DNA of 64,000 nucleotides. Source: an uncultured Eubacteriales bacterium. GTDB taxonomy: Bacteria; Bacillota; Clostridia; Oscillospirales; Acutalibacteraceae. Below, in pieces: positions 18,017-26,926 of the stretch (positions are counted from its first letter, which is position 1; each line of letters begins with the position of its first letter). The notes under the pieces are model-generated. The model saw only the letters and a program-made list of their open reading frames with translations, had not been told where the DNA came from and made no database searches. The position numbers and the translations under genes were made by a program. The stretch lies in assembly GCA_948537335.1 (NCBI GenBank), contig CAOUJG010000005.1:2580-66579 (forward strand), given 5' to 3'.

Positions 18017-18538
18017 ATGGCAGAAGAAGCTAAATGGTACATTGTGCATACCTACTCGGGGTATGAGAATAAGGTTGCCTCGAACCTTGAGAAGACTATT
18101 GAAAACAGGGGTTTGCGCGACTTGATTCAAGAGATCTTTGTACCTATGGAGACTGTTACTGAGATTAAAGATAACCAGAAGCGCGAGGTTGAGCGCAAGG
18201 TTTTTCCGGGGTATGTTCTTATCAAGATGGTCTTGACGGATGAGACTTGGTATGTTGTGAGGAATATTCGAGGTTGCACGGGTTTTGTGGGGCCTTCGTC
18301 TAAACCGAGCCCGCTGACTGAGGAAGAAGTTAAACGCCTTGGGGTTGAGAAAAACTCGGTAGAAGTTAATTACGGCGTTGGTGACCGGGTTGTTATTATT
18401 GATGGCCCGCTAGAGGATAATGTGGGCACGGTTGAGGAGCTCGACACGGCTAACGATTATGTGCGAGTCAACGTTATGATGTTTGGCCGCAACACACCGG
18501 TTGAACTGGATTTATCGCAAGTTCAGCTTGCGGACTGA
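18017..18538 (+). CDS. nusG: Transcription termination/antitermination factor NusG
   Basis: 'KWYIVHTYSGYENKV' (NGN domain) and KOW 'GDRVVIIDGPLEDNVGTVEEL'. Confidence 0.95.
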   Translation: MAEEAKWYIVHTYSGYENKVASNLEKTIENRGLRDLIQEIFVPMETVTEIKDNQKREVERKVFPGYVLIKMVLTDETWYVVRNIRGCTGFVGPSSKPSPLTEEEVKRLGVEKNSVEVNYGVGDRVVIIDGPLEDNVGTVEELDTANDYVRVNVMMFGRNTPVELDLSQVQLAD

Positions 18539-18840
18539 TTTATCTTTGTGATGAACGGGATTTTTGAACATTGCAAGGGCGCTAATGAGGGCTCAAGAGG
18601 GGATATGAAGGGGCAGAGAACCCAAAAAGGGGCCAGGTGAGCAAGTAGGCTCGGAAAGATACGAGTGCAAGGGTACCAAGAGCGATTCCATAGAGGCGCA
18701 AGAGTCAAGAGGAGCGAAGGTGCGCAGGGGGGAAGAATTTAAAGGGACCCGGACCCAAGAACTCGAGTAAGGTCAAGAGGTTAAGATTTCGATAGCTCGA
18801 GGTTGATATCTGTTCGTCACGATGTAGGTTTTATGCCTAC

Positions 18841-18887
18841 GGGTGGGAGGAGCCAGAAAATTTTGAACTGGTTCCGCATTTTACCAC
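18841..18887 (+). promoter_or_regulatory. L1-stalk-like RNA element in the rplK leader (candidate L1 autoregulatory site), copy 1
   Basis: GGGTGGGAGGA - hairpin (CCAG..CTGG) - CGCATTTTACCAC. It shares its flanks with copy 2 at 19341-19371. Confidence 0.5.
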
Positions 18888-18907
18888 AAATTTTGGAGGT
18901 GCAAAAA

Positions 18908-19333
18908 ATGGCTCAAAAAGTCACTGGCTTTATTAAGCTGCAAATTCCTGCTGGCAAGGCAACTCCGGCGCCACCTGTTGGTCCGGCGCTTGGTCAGCAC
19001 GGTGTTAATATCATGGCGTTCACTAAGGAGTTTAATGAACGCACAAAGAACGACGCGGGGCTGATTATCCCTGTTGTCATTACGGTTTACGCCGATCGCT
19101 CGTTCACTTTTGTGACGAAAACTCCGCCGGCCGCTGTACTTATTAAAAAGGCTTGCGGAATTGAAAGCGGTTCGGGCGTTCCGAATAAAAATAAGGTTGC
19201 AAAAATTACCCGCGAACAAGTCAAAAAGATTGCTGAACAGAAAATGCAAGACCTGAATGCTGCAAATGTCGACACTGCGATGAGTATGATTTCCGGTACG
19301 GCGCGCAGCATGGGCATAGAAGTAATCGATTGA
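18908..19333 (+). CDS. rplK: 50S ribosomal protein L11
   Basis: '[36 protein letters not shown]'. ATG 18908 follows GGAGGTG; the earlier ORF-track start is an upstream extension. Confidence 0.95.
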   Translation: MAQKVTGFIKLQIPAGKATPAPPVGPALGQHGVNIMAFTKEFNERTKNDAGLIIPVVITVYADRSFTFVTKTPPAAVLIKKACGIESGSGVPNKNKVAKITREQVKKIAEQKMQDLNAANVDTAMSMISGTARSMGIEVID

Positions 19334-19340
19334 TTTACCC

Positions 19341-19371
19341 GGGTGGGAGGACAGAAATCCGATTTTACCAC
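19341..19371 (+). promoter_or_regulatory. L1-stalk-like RNA element upstream of rplA, copy 2
   Basis: GGGTGGGAGGA-CAGAAATCC-GATTTTACCAC sits between the rplK stop and the rplA RBS. Confidence 0.5.
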
Positions 19372-19390
19372 TTAATAGGGAGGAAAACCA

Positions 19391-20086
19391 ATGAAACACG
19401 GTAAAAAATATGTTGATAGCGCGAAGCTTATCGACAAAACTAAATTATATGATACTGACGAGGCCTTGGACCTTTGCGTTAAGACGGCCACTGCTAAATT
19501 TGACGAAACTGTTGAGGTTCACGTTAAGCTGGGGGTTGACTCTCGGCATGCGGACCAGCAGGTGCGCGGAGCTATTGTTTTGCCTAATGGAACCGGCAAG
19601 AATATTAGAGTGCTGGCCATTTGTAAGGGCGAGAACACCAAACTAGCGCAAGAAGCCGGTGCAGACTTTGTGGGCGCAGAGGAAATGGTTACGAAGATCC
19701 AAAACGAAGGCTGGATGGACTTTGATGTGCTTATCACTACGCCTGATATGATGGCGCTTGTTGGCCGGTTGGGTAAAGTTTTGGGCCCAAGGGGTTTGAT
19801 GCCAAACCCGAAGGCCGGTACAGTTGCGCCGGATATTGCTAAGGCTATTAGGGAAGCTAAGTCTGGTAAGATTGAGTATCGGCTGGATAAAACGAATATT
19901 ATCCACTGCATGATCGGTAAGGCTTCTTTTGGCAAAGATAAACTTGTTGAAAACTTTGATGCTTTGCTTGGTGCGATTGTAAAGGCAAAACCGGCGGCAG
20001 CAAAAGGGCAATACATTAGGTCTTGTGTGGTTTCATCTACTATGGGGCCAGGTATTGCGCTTAATCCTAACAAAGTTGGGGTATAA
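19391..20086 (+). CDS. rplA: 50S ribosomal protein L1
   Basis: The typical L1 sequence '[22 protein letters not shown]' is present, and the gene follows rplK. Confidence 0.95.
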   Translation: MKHGKKYVDSAKLIDKTKLYDTDEALDLCVKTATAKFDETVEVHVKLGVDSRHADQQVRGAIVLPNGTGKNIRVLAICKGENTKLAQEAGADFVGAEEMVTKIQNEGWMDFDVLITTPDMMALVGRLGKVLGPRGLMPNPKAGTVAPDIAKAIREAKSGKIEYRLDKTNIIHCMIGKASFGKDKLVENFDALLGAIVKAKPAAAKGQYIRSCVVSSTMGPGIALNPNKVGV

Positions 20087-20106
20087 AATATAGCATATAG
20101 AAAAGG

Positions 20107-20137
20107 TGACCAAGTATCACGTATTTGGTCATTTTTT
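20107..20137 (+). terminator. Rho-independent terminator after rplA
   Basis: TGACCAA...TTGGTCA hairpin followed by TTTTTT. Confidence 0.7.
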
Positions 20138-20147
20138 GCATAAAAGT

Positions 20148-20173
20148 AGCCCTCATTGCGATTAATGAGGGCT
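20148..20173 (-). terminator. Hairpin terminator after the SASP gene
   Basis: AGCCCTCATT...AATGAGGGCT perfect 10-bp stem with T-rich flanks. Confidence 0.65.
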
Positions 20174-20193
20174 TTTTGATATGTTTAATTAAC

Positions 20194-20385
20194 TTACTTC
20201 ATGTTATTTTCGTATTGCTCTATCATTTTTTTAACCATCTGGCCACCGACAGAACCGGCTTCTCTAGAAGTTAATTCGCCATTGTAGCCTTCTTTAAGGT
20301 TCACACCGACTTCGTTAGCAGCTTCCATCTTAAACTTATCAAGAGCCTTACGAGCCTCTGGGACAACGACTGAATTCTTAGCCAT
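20194..20385 (-). CDS. Small acid-soluble spore protein, alpha/beta type
   Basis: 'ALDKFKMEAANEVGV' and 'GELTSREAGSVGGQMVKKMIE' are the two conserved SASP blocks. The ATG at 20385 lies 7 nt after AAGGAGTG. Confidence 0.9.
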   Translation of the reverse strand: MAKNSVVVPEARKALDKFKMEAANEVGVNLKEGYNGELTSREAGSVGGQMVKKMIEQYENNMK

Positions 20386-20685
20386 AATCATTCACTCCTT
20401 TTCAAAAATACAGATATTATTTGCGTTTGCACTAATATTATTTGCAAAAAAAGAGCGGATTATTATCGGAAATTTGCGGATAAAATTTTGGGTTTATCTA
20501 GGATATTTGTAATTTTGACGCATAATTATACAAATAGTAAAATAAAAAATTATTATAAATATTTTGCAAAATTAAAAGGATAATATTCATATTTAGAGCG
20601 ATTTTTTGGGTTTGATTGGTTTACAATTTTCGAATTATAATATAAAATCTGTATTAGAAAAGTAAAATATTTGGGGGGTCGTGCA

Positions 20686-21111
20686 ATGGATGTAAAGGAC
20701 AATCACGAAAAAATATTGATTATTGTGGCGCTTGTGCTGTGCGCCGGAATTTTATTTTATAACGCGTTCTTTATTCCGACGATATCGATTCCGTCGGTGA
20801 TTTATGTAGACTCCGATACGCAAGGCAGCGCAGTCGGTGGCGCAAGTGATAGTTTTGAAGCGGGGATGAGTTCGAGCACTAGCGGCAATGATGCGCAGAG
20901 CTCAAGTGGTGATTCTTCAAAGGTGAACATTAACACAGCGACGGCGGACGAACTGGACGAGAAGCTAAACGGAATTGGCCCGACGACGGCAGAAAAGATT
21001 ATAGAATATAGGACGAAGATTGGCAGATTTTCGGACATTGAGGAAATAAAGAATGTCTCTGGTATCGGCGAGAAGACCTTCGAAAAGTTTAAAGATGTGA
21101 TCTGCACTTGA
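20686..21111 (+). CDS. comEA: ComEA-like helix-hairpin-helix DNA-binding protein
   Basis: A TM helix, then 'VNINTATADELDEKLNGIGPTTAEKIIEYR...FSDIEEIKNVSGIGEKTFEK'. Confidence 0.85.
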   Translation: MDVKDNHEKILIIVALVLCAGILFYNAFFIPTISIPSVIYVDSDTQGSAVGGASDSFEAGMSSSTSGNDAQSSSGDSSKVNINTATADELDEKLNGIGPTTAEKIIEYRTKIGRFSDIEEIKNVSGIGEKTFEKFKDVICT

Positions 21112-21235
21112 CTGCGTTGAGGCTGCATAAAAAATAACGAGCTTGCAACCTAGATTTTATCTAGCAAAAATTTTATTTTATGGTGCATACGGCGGCATTT
21201 TTCCGGTAAAGATATACTCGGAGGTGCTGTTGAAA

Positions 21236-21964
21236 ATGAACGAGATAAAAATAAATGACGCGAAAGAAAAAAATAAAAAGAAGGGCATCAATTTTTACGT
21301 AGCGCTGGGGATCTGCGTTTTGGCGGTGGGGGTGGCTGGCTGGACTACTTATGACAGCATAAAGCGGTTTGCTGGGCCGGACGATGACGTAAATGTGTCG
21401 AACGTCTCGCAAAAATATAAGGTTAAAACAGAGAATTCGGCCAAAAACTCGGCAAGAAAGCCGACAAACAACGCCAATAGTGAACCGAAACAAATGAGCC
21501 GCTCGAGATCAGCGCCGGAATTGGACGAGCAGCAGAGTGTCTCGGTAAATGCGCAGGCGAGCGGTACCATCGTTTACCCGACTTCGAAGGACGTCGTCAA
21601 AGACTTTAGCGGAGAGAACCCGGTATTTTCGAAGACGTTGAATGACTGGCGCACACACGAGGGAATCGACCTAGCGGCCGAGCAAGGAAGCAAGATAAAA
21701 TCGATTACAAACGGTAAAGTCAAGGAGATATATAACGATCCGTTATATGGCACAACCATGGTGGTGGAGCACGAGGGCGGCTTTGTAGCGTATTATTCGG
21801 GCCTGGGCGAGACAACCTTGGTCAACGCAAACGACGCAGTAGAAGCAGGACAAGAAATAGCCTCGATCAACGACATCCCCTGCGAGGCAGCCGACGGATA
21901 TCACCTGCATTTGGCCATAAAAAAAGACGGTAAATTTATCAACCCGAAAGAGATTTTAGGCTAA
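21236..21964 (+). CDS. Membrane-anchored M23/LytM family peptidase
   Basis: A TM helix, a polar linker, 'HEGIDLAA' (HxxxD) and 'GYHLHLAI' (HxH). ATG 21236 follows GGAGGTG. Confidence 0.8.
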   Translation: MNEIKINDAKEKNKKKGINFYVALGICVLAVGVAGWTTYDSIKRFAGPDDDVNVSNVSQKYKVKTENSAKNSARKPTNNANSEPKQMSRSRSAPELDEQQSVSVNAQASGTIVYPTSKDVVKDFSGENPVFSKTLNDWRTHEGIDLAAEQGSKIKSITNGKVKEIYNDPLYGTTMVVEHEGGFVAYYSGLGETTLVNANDAVEAGQEIASINDIPCEAADGYHLHLAIKKDGKFINPKEILG

Positions 21965-21982
21965 AAGCAAAAGCAAAAAATT

Positions 21983-22014
21983 AAGGATCACCAAACTTGC
22001 CGGTGATCCTTTTA
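21983..22014. terminator. Bidirectional terminator between the M23 peptidase gene and galU
   Basis: AAGGATCACC...GGTGATCCTT 10-bp stem, preceded by an A-run and followed by a T-run. Confidence 0.75.
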
Positions 22015-22034
22015 TCAATTAAACCTAAACCGCC

Positions 22035-22904
22035 CTAAACGCGGCTAGCAATGTCTTTTAAATAAGTTTTGAAGTCAGCACCAATTTCTGGATGATTTAA
22101 CCCGACCTCAACACAAGCCTTCAAAATGCCCAACTTATTGCCCATATCGTAGCGAACTCCGGTGAACTCCACAGCCGTAACACCCACAGTATTCGCAAGA
22201 ACCTTAATAGCGTCGGTCAGCTGGATTTCTCCGCCAACGCCAGGCTTTATAGTGTCCAAAATATCAAAAATATCCGGCGTCAAAATGCATCTGCCCAAAA
22301 TGGAGTACAGCGACATAACCTGATCCTTCGCGGGTTTTTCGATCATATCGGTGCAAGAAAAAATATTTTCCTTAATGTGCTCAACCCTCAAGGAGCTGTA
22401 CTTAGAGATGTCCGCCGCGGAGACCTTGTTAATGCCCAAAACAGCGCGCCCAAACTCCTGATAAACGCGAATAAGCTGCGCGCAAGCCGGATCGTCGCCA
22501 ATAATAACATCGTCGCCATAAAGAACGGCAAAAGCGTCGCTGCCAACAAAAGATCGCGCGCAGTTCACGGCATGACCCAAACCCAAAGTCTCCTTCTGGC
22601 GCAAAAAATAAATATTAGCAAGTTTAGAAATCCTGGCAAGATCGTCAGCCAGCTCGACTTTTCCGCAGTTTAAGATGCGTTGTTCAAGTTCTGGTGAGCG
22701 GTCAAAATGATCCTCAATGAGCTCCTTGCCGCGGTTTGTAATTATTAAAATGTCTGTAATCCCCGAAGCGACGGCTTCTTCAACAATATATTGAATAGCG
22801 GGTTTATCCACAATAGGCAACATCTCTTTTGGCAGAGCCTTTGTAGCGGGCAAAACCCTAGTCCCCAGGCCGGCCGCCGGAATTACAGCCTTCGTAATCT
22901 TCAT
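22035..22904 (-). CDS. galU: UTP--glucose-1-phosphate uridylyltransferase
   Basis: 'KAVIPAAGLGTRVLPATKALPKEMLPIVDKP'. Confidence 0.9.
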   Translation of the reverse strand: MKITKAVIPAAGLGTRVLPATKALPKEMLPIVDKPAIQYIVEEAVASGITDILIITNRGKELIEDHFDRSPELEQRILNCGKVELADDLARISKLANIYFLRQKETLGLGHAVNCARSFVGSDAFAVLYGDDVIIGDDPACAQLIRVYQEFGRAVLGINKVSAADISKYSSLRVEHIKENIFSCTDMIEKPAKDQVMSLYSILGRCILTPDIFDILDTIKPGVGGEIQLTDAIKVLANTVGVTAVEFTGVRYDMGNKLGILKACVEVGLNHPEIGADFKTYLKDIASRV

Positions 22905-22997
22905 GCAATCCTCAGTCCTCAAATTTTAAACAAATCAAAAAAGATTATAAAACACTTTAAAAATAAAGTCAACGTGCAAAACAAAAATGGCGAGACT

Positions 22998-23534
22998 CTA
23001 GCAATTATGCCGATTTATATCCAGCTCGTGTGATTTGTTTTCACGACTTTTGCTGCGCTTAGTAAAAGTAAAGCGATTAACCAGCATCGCAACGATAATG
23101 CCCATGCTGGTGTCGAGCATGCGGTTTACAACGTACATGAAGGCGGTGGAGACGTTCCCGTCCGGCCACATGACGACGCTCAAAACAACGATACAAGAAA
23201 TGCTAACAGAGGCCGGCTGATTAATCACGTTGCAGATGTAAATCACCATCAGAATCGAAAAAGGCGCAATAAACAAAGTGGTAACCTCTCTAAAAGGCAG
23301 CTTATAAACCGTCAGAATAATCAAATACCCCACAATGCCGCCAACCAAAGTTCCAACCAAGCGCTGCAAGCCCGAACTAAAGGTCTTATTATAAGTCGGT
23401 TGCAGGCAGATGATAGCAGCGATGCTTGCAAACAAAGTGTCCGTCCGATTAAAAATAAGCGCGATCAAAAGGCAAAAGAACACCGAAATGGCAGTTTTAA
23501 TGGCCCGCAAACCCAATTTATACCCAGGATTCAT
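22998..23534 (-). CDS. FUSC/aromatic-acid-exporter-like membrane protein
   Basis: Multi-TM protein whose N-terminus 'LGLRAIKTAISVFFCLLIA' resembles ArAE/FUSC family members. Confidence 0.5.
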   Translation of the reverse strand: MNPGYKLGLRAIKTAISVFFCLLIALIFNRTDTLFASIAAIICLQPTYNKTFSSGLQRLVGTLVGGIVGYLIILTVYKLPFREVTTLFIAPFSILMVIYICNVINQPASVSISCIVVLSVVMWPDGNVSTAFMYVVNRMLDTSMGIIVAMLVNRFTFTKRSKSRENKSHELDINRHNC

Positions 23535-23570
23535 AAAAAGTCTCCTATTGCAAAGTTAAAATGAACGTCC

Positions 23571-24059
23571 TCAATACCCCGTTTTTCCGGCCAAAGATTC
23601 GTCATCCGCGACCCAGTCGTCCACGTCAAAGGTCTTAAAATTAGTTTCATCGATGCGAACAACAACAAAACGGATGCCAGCGTTGATAATAAGGCGTTTG
23701 CACATAGAGCAAGAGCAAGTATCCTTGACGTATTCGCCAGAAGAGGCCTCCCTACCCACCAAATACAAGGTGGCGCCTATCATGTCGTTTCTGGCTGCAT
23801 GAATAATGGCGTTGGCTTCGGCATGGACAGACCTGCAAAGCTCATAACGCTCACCACGAGGGATATTTAAGACCTCGCGAGTACAGTGACCCACGTCTGA
23901 GCAGTTTTTGCGGCCTCTAGGCGCGCCAGTATAGCCCGAAGAGACGATCTGATCGTTCTTAACGATGATAGCGCCAAAATTCCGACGCATGCAAGTTCCG
24001 CGTTCCAGCACGGTTTGAGCGATGTCCAGATAATAATTTTCTTTATTAATTCTTTCCAT
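23571..24059 (-). CDS. comEB: Deoxycytidylate (dCMP) deaminase, ComEB-like
   Basis: Zinc motifs 'HAEANAI' and 'CSCSMCKRLIINAGI'. Start at MERINKENYY. Confidence 0.85.
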   Translation of the reverse strand: MERINKENYYLDIAQTVLERGTCMRRNFGAIIVKNDQIVSSGYTGAPRGRKNCSDVGHCTREVLNIPRGERYELCRSVHAEANAIIHAARNDMIGATLYLVGREASSGEYVKDTCSCSMCKRLIINAGIRFVVVRIDETNFKTFDVDDWVADDESLAGKTGY

Positions 24060-24198
24060 AAAAAGACGAGCCCCCCAGATAGAATCATTATAAAATATTT
24101 TTCTACAAGAAGCAATCTTTTGGCACAATTTAAATTATGCTATAATAGGAAAAAGAGTTTATCGAAAAGAGTTAATAGAGGCGGCGGGAGAAGACAAA

Positions 24199-25071
24199 AT
24201 GGGCAAGTTATCGGACATCAGCACAATAAAGCAGATTTTGGCAAGGCATGGGTTTAGCTTTTCGAAGGCGCTGGGGCAAAATTTTTTGATAAATCCAACC
24301 GTCAGCCCCAAAATGGCGGAATTATGCGGCGCCGGGCAAGAAAACACCGGAGTGCTAGAAATAGGTCCCGGAATAGGCGTGCTCACCTGCGAGCTAGCAA
24401 AAAGGGCGCCAAAAGTGGTTGCAATAGAGATCGATAAGCGGCTGATCCCCATTCTGAGCGAGACTCTTGCAGACTTTAATAATGTAAAAATCATCAACGA
24501 CGACATAATGAAGGTGGACTTAAAAAAGCTGCTAAAGGCCGAATTTTCGGGCATGAACGTGGTTGTGTGCGCAAATTTGCCGTATTACATTACGTCGCCA
24601 GTTTTAATGCGGCTGCTCGAGGAAAGGTTAGGACTAGCCGCGATAACCGTGATGGTCCAAAGAGAAGTCGCACAAAGGCTCTGTGCCGGGGCAGAGAGCA
24701 GAAAAACCGGCAGCATAAGCCTCGCGGTGAACTATTACGCAGAGCCAGAACTCTTGTTTGGCGTAAAAAAAGGAAGCTTCATGCCAGAGCCAAAGATAGA
24801 CTCGGCGGTGGTCAAATTGAATGTCCGAAAAAGCCCGCCGTGCAAGGTTTTAAGCGAGGAGTTATTTTTTAAAATCATAAAAATGGCGTTTTTGCAAAGG
24901 CGAAAAACGGTAATAAACGCGCTGAGCGGCGGGAACGCTATATCCGTGCCCAAACCTGAGCTTATGGAAATTTTTGAGCGGATAGGGATTTTGCCAACCA
25001 AACGGGCCGAAAATTTGTCCATAAAACAGTTCGCAGATCTCTCAAACGAGCTGCATCTTCGCGGTTATTGA
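24199..25071 (+). CDS. rsmA: 16S rRNA (adenine1518/1519-N6)-dimethyltransferase
   Basis: 'KALGQNFL' and the SAM-binding 'VLEIGPGIGVLT'. Confidence 0.9.
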   Translation: MGKLSDISTIKQILARHGFSFSKALGQNFLINPTVSPKMAELCGAGQENTGVLEIGPGIGVLTCELAKRAPKVVAIEIDKRLIPILSETLADFNNVKIINDDIMKVDLKKLLKAEFSGMNVVVCANLPYYITSPVLMRLLEERLGLAAITVMVQREVAQRLCAGAESRKTGSISLAVNYYAEPELLFGVKKGSFMPEPKIDSAVVKLNVRKSPPCKVLSEELFFKIIKMAFLQRRKTVINALSGGNAISVPKPELMEIFERIGILPTKRAENLSIKQFADLSNELHLRGY

Positions 25072-25193
25072 CAAAGGTTGGCGCCGGGCTTTAAAATGTT
25101 CGAGTTTTGTGGTATACTTAATGTGCAAAAATCAATTTTGGAGATTTTGATTTTACTTGAAATGCTAAGGATGTCGACGTGGAGGGAGTCATT

Positions 25194-25988
25194 GTGAACA
25201 AACTGGAGACTAGGATGCTGGAGCTTTTAAAAAGCCTGCAGGCCGAAAACAACGTTTTGGCGGTAAAGGCAGAGTTTGAGGCGGAAGGATCGCGCAAGGA
25301 CGAGCTGATTCGGTTGTGCGAGCTTGTTTTTCGCGCAGACATGAAGCTGTTTATAAAGATTGGAGGCTGTGAGGCTGTACGAGACCTAGATCAGTGCAGG
25401 CTTTTGGGCGCGAGCGGAATCATGGCGCCGATGATTGAGAGCCCCTTTGCGATGAAAAAATTTGTGGGGGCAGCCAAAAAGGTCTATGGTGCGGAGATTT
25501 CTGACGTTGAATGGATTATAAATGCCGAAACAAAGACCTGTAAGCAAAATTTTGATGAGATACTTGAGCAAGGATCAGGCTTTTTGAACACTATCTCGAT
25601 TGGGAGAGTGGATCTGTCAGCCTCCATGGGCCTCACACGGGACGCCATAAACGGAGAGGAAGTTTTTGAGACCTCGCAATATTTTGCAAAGAAAGCTAAG
25701 GCTGCCGGCATCGTGGTGGGCTTTGGCGGAGGCATATCGTTTGACGCGATTGACTTCATCAAGGGCATGAAGGGGCTTGCGGATAAATTTGAGACCAGAA
25801 AAATCGTGTTCAAGTACGATGATGACGCAGACCGGCTAAAATCAGGAATTTTGAAGGCGATGGAGTTTGAGGTTTTGTACCTACAGAACAAATGCGAGTT
25901 TTACGACAGGATGGCGAATGAAGACCGCGCCAGAATGCAGCTTTTGGTGCAGCGATTTGAGACCGCGAAGGCAAAGTTGGGGAAATGA
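25194..25988 (+). CDS. HpcH/HpaI-type aldolase / citrate-lyase-beta-like family protein (tentative)
   Basis: 'GASGIMAPMIESPFA' resembles the VPMVE(S/T) motif of this TIM-barrel family. GTG 25194 follows GGAGGGAG. Confidence 0.45.
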   Translation: MNKLETRMLELLKSLQAENNVLAVKAEFEAEGSRKDELIRLCELVFRADMKLFIKIGGCEAVRDLDQCRLLGASGIMAPMIESPFAMKKFVGAAKKVYGAEISDVEWIINAETKTCKQNFDEILEQGSGFLNTISIGRVDLSASMGLTRDAINGEEVFETSQYFAKKAKAAGIVVGFGGGISFDAIDFIKGMKGLADKFETRKIVFKYDDDADRLKSGILKAMEFEVLYLQNKCEFYDRMANEDRARMQLLVQRFETAKAKLGK

Positions 25989-26644
25989 TTATGAAGAAGC
26001 TTGTTATTTTTGATTTGGACGGCACTTTGATCGACACTATAGTCGATGCGGGCCGGTGTTTCAACAAAGTCTTGGAGCATTTTGGCCTTAAAACCCACTC
26101 GCTCGAGGAATATAAGCACATGGTGGGCGGCAATTTGGAGGTTATGTTTTCTAATTTGGTTGGGGATGAGGGCCGGACCGCTGGGATGATCTCGCAGTTG
26201 AAGGATAAATATCGTGAGGTGTACCTGGCGGACTCGAAGCCGAATACCAAGCCATTTGACGGGATTTTGGAAGTCTTAAAAAAGTTGAATAAATATGGCA
26301 ACATTTTGATTGCGATAAATACGAATAAATCGCAGCTTTTGGCGGAGGAGCTTTGCGCAGAGATGTTTGCCGGGATTAATTTTTCCGGCATTTTGGGGTA
26401 TATAGAGAGCCGGCCCTCCAAGCCAGACCCTTATGCCGCGAACGAACTGATGCGGATTAACGGCGCTTTGCCGGAGGAAACCATCTACATCGGCGACAGC
26501 ATAACGGACATAACCACGGCCAAAAACGCGGGCATAGACTGCGTCTTGGTGAATTGGCAAAATGCCGATGTCAATAAGCTTGTGAAGGAAAACGACGTCA
26601 AGTTTGTCGCTAATAAGCCGGCGGATATATTTAAGTTTTTGTAG
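25985..26644 (+). CDS. HAD-superfamily hydrolase (phosphoglycolate-phosphatase-like)
   Basis: Motif I 'VIFDLDGTLIDT' and motif IV 'YIGDSITD'. The start overlaps the upstream stop. Confidence 0.85.
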   Translation: MIMKKLVIFDLDGTLIDTIVDAGRCFNKVLEHFGLKTHSLEEYKHMVGGNLEVMFSNLVGDEGRTAGMISQLKDKYREVYLADSKPNTKPFDGILEVLKKLNKYGNILIAINTNKSQLLAEELCAEMFAGINFSGILGYIESRPSKPDPYAANELMRINGALPEETIYIGDSITDITTAKNAGIDCVLVNWQNADVNKLVKENDVKFVANKPADIFKFL

Positions 26645-26926
26645 TTATAGATAGACCGTAAGTTTTAAAGCGTATCATACCAGCAAAATTTTAAGCTGCG
26701 TGATGCGCTCTTTTTATTTTATGAATTTTAAATTTTACATATTATTACATGATTATAAATTTAATTTTTGTTAATAATATAATTAAATTCCGATTTATTA
26801 AAACGAATTTTAATATATTAAGAATAAATTAGGGGGTGGATGCAGAAAATAATTTTTGAAAATGCATAAACGATAAAAATATAAATTAAAAAAGGACAAA
26901 AATTAGTTTATAAAGGAGAATTAGTG

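Noticed and set aside
18523-18708. A 61-aa minus-strand ORF in the nusG-rplK spacer
   Set aside because: It is the pyrimidine-rich complement of the purine-rich tract. Its Pro/Leu/Ser-rich product and missing RBS point to a compositional artefact.
18571-18790. The CAAGAG repeats considered as a possible CRISPR or tandem-repeat array
   Set aside because: The repeats are only 6-7 nt, irregularly spaced and not separated by unique spacers of constant length. This is not CRISPR-like.
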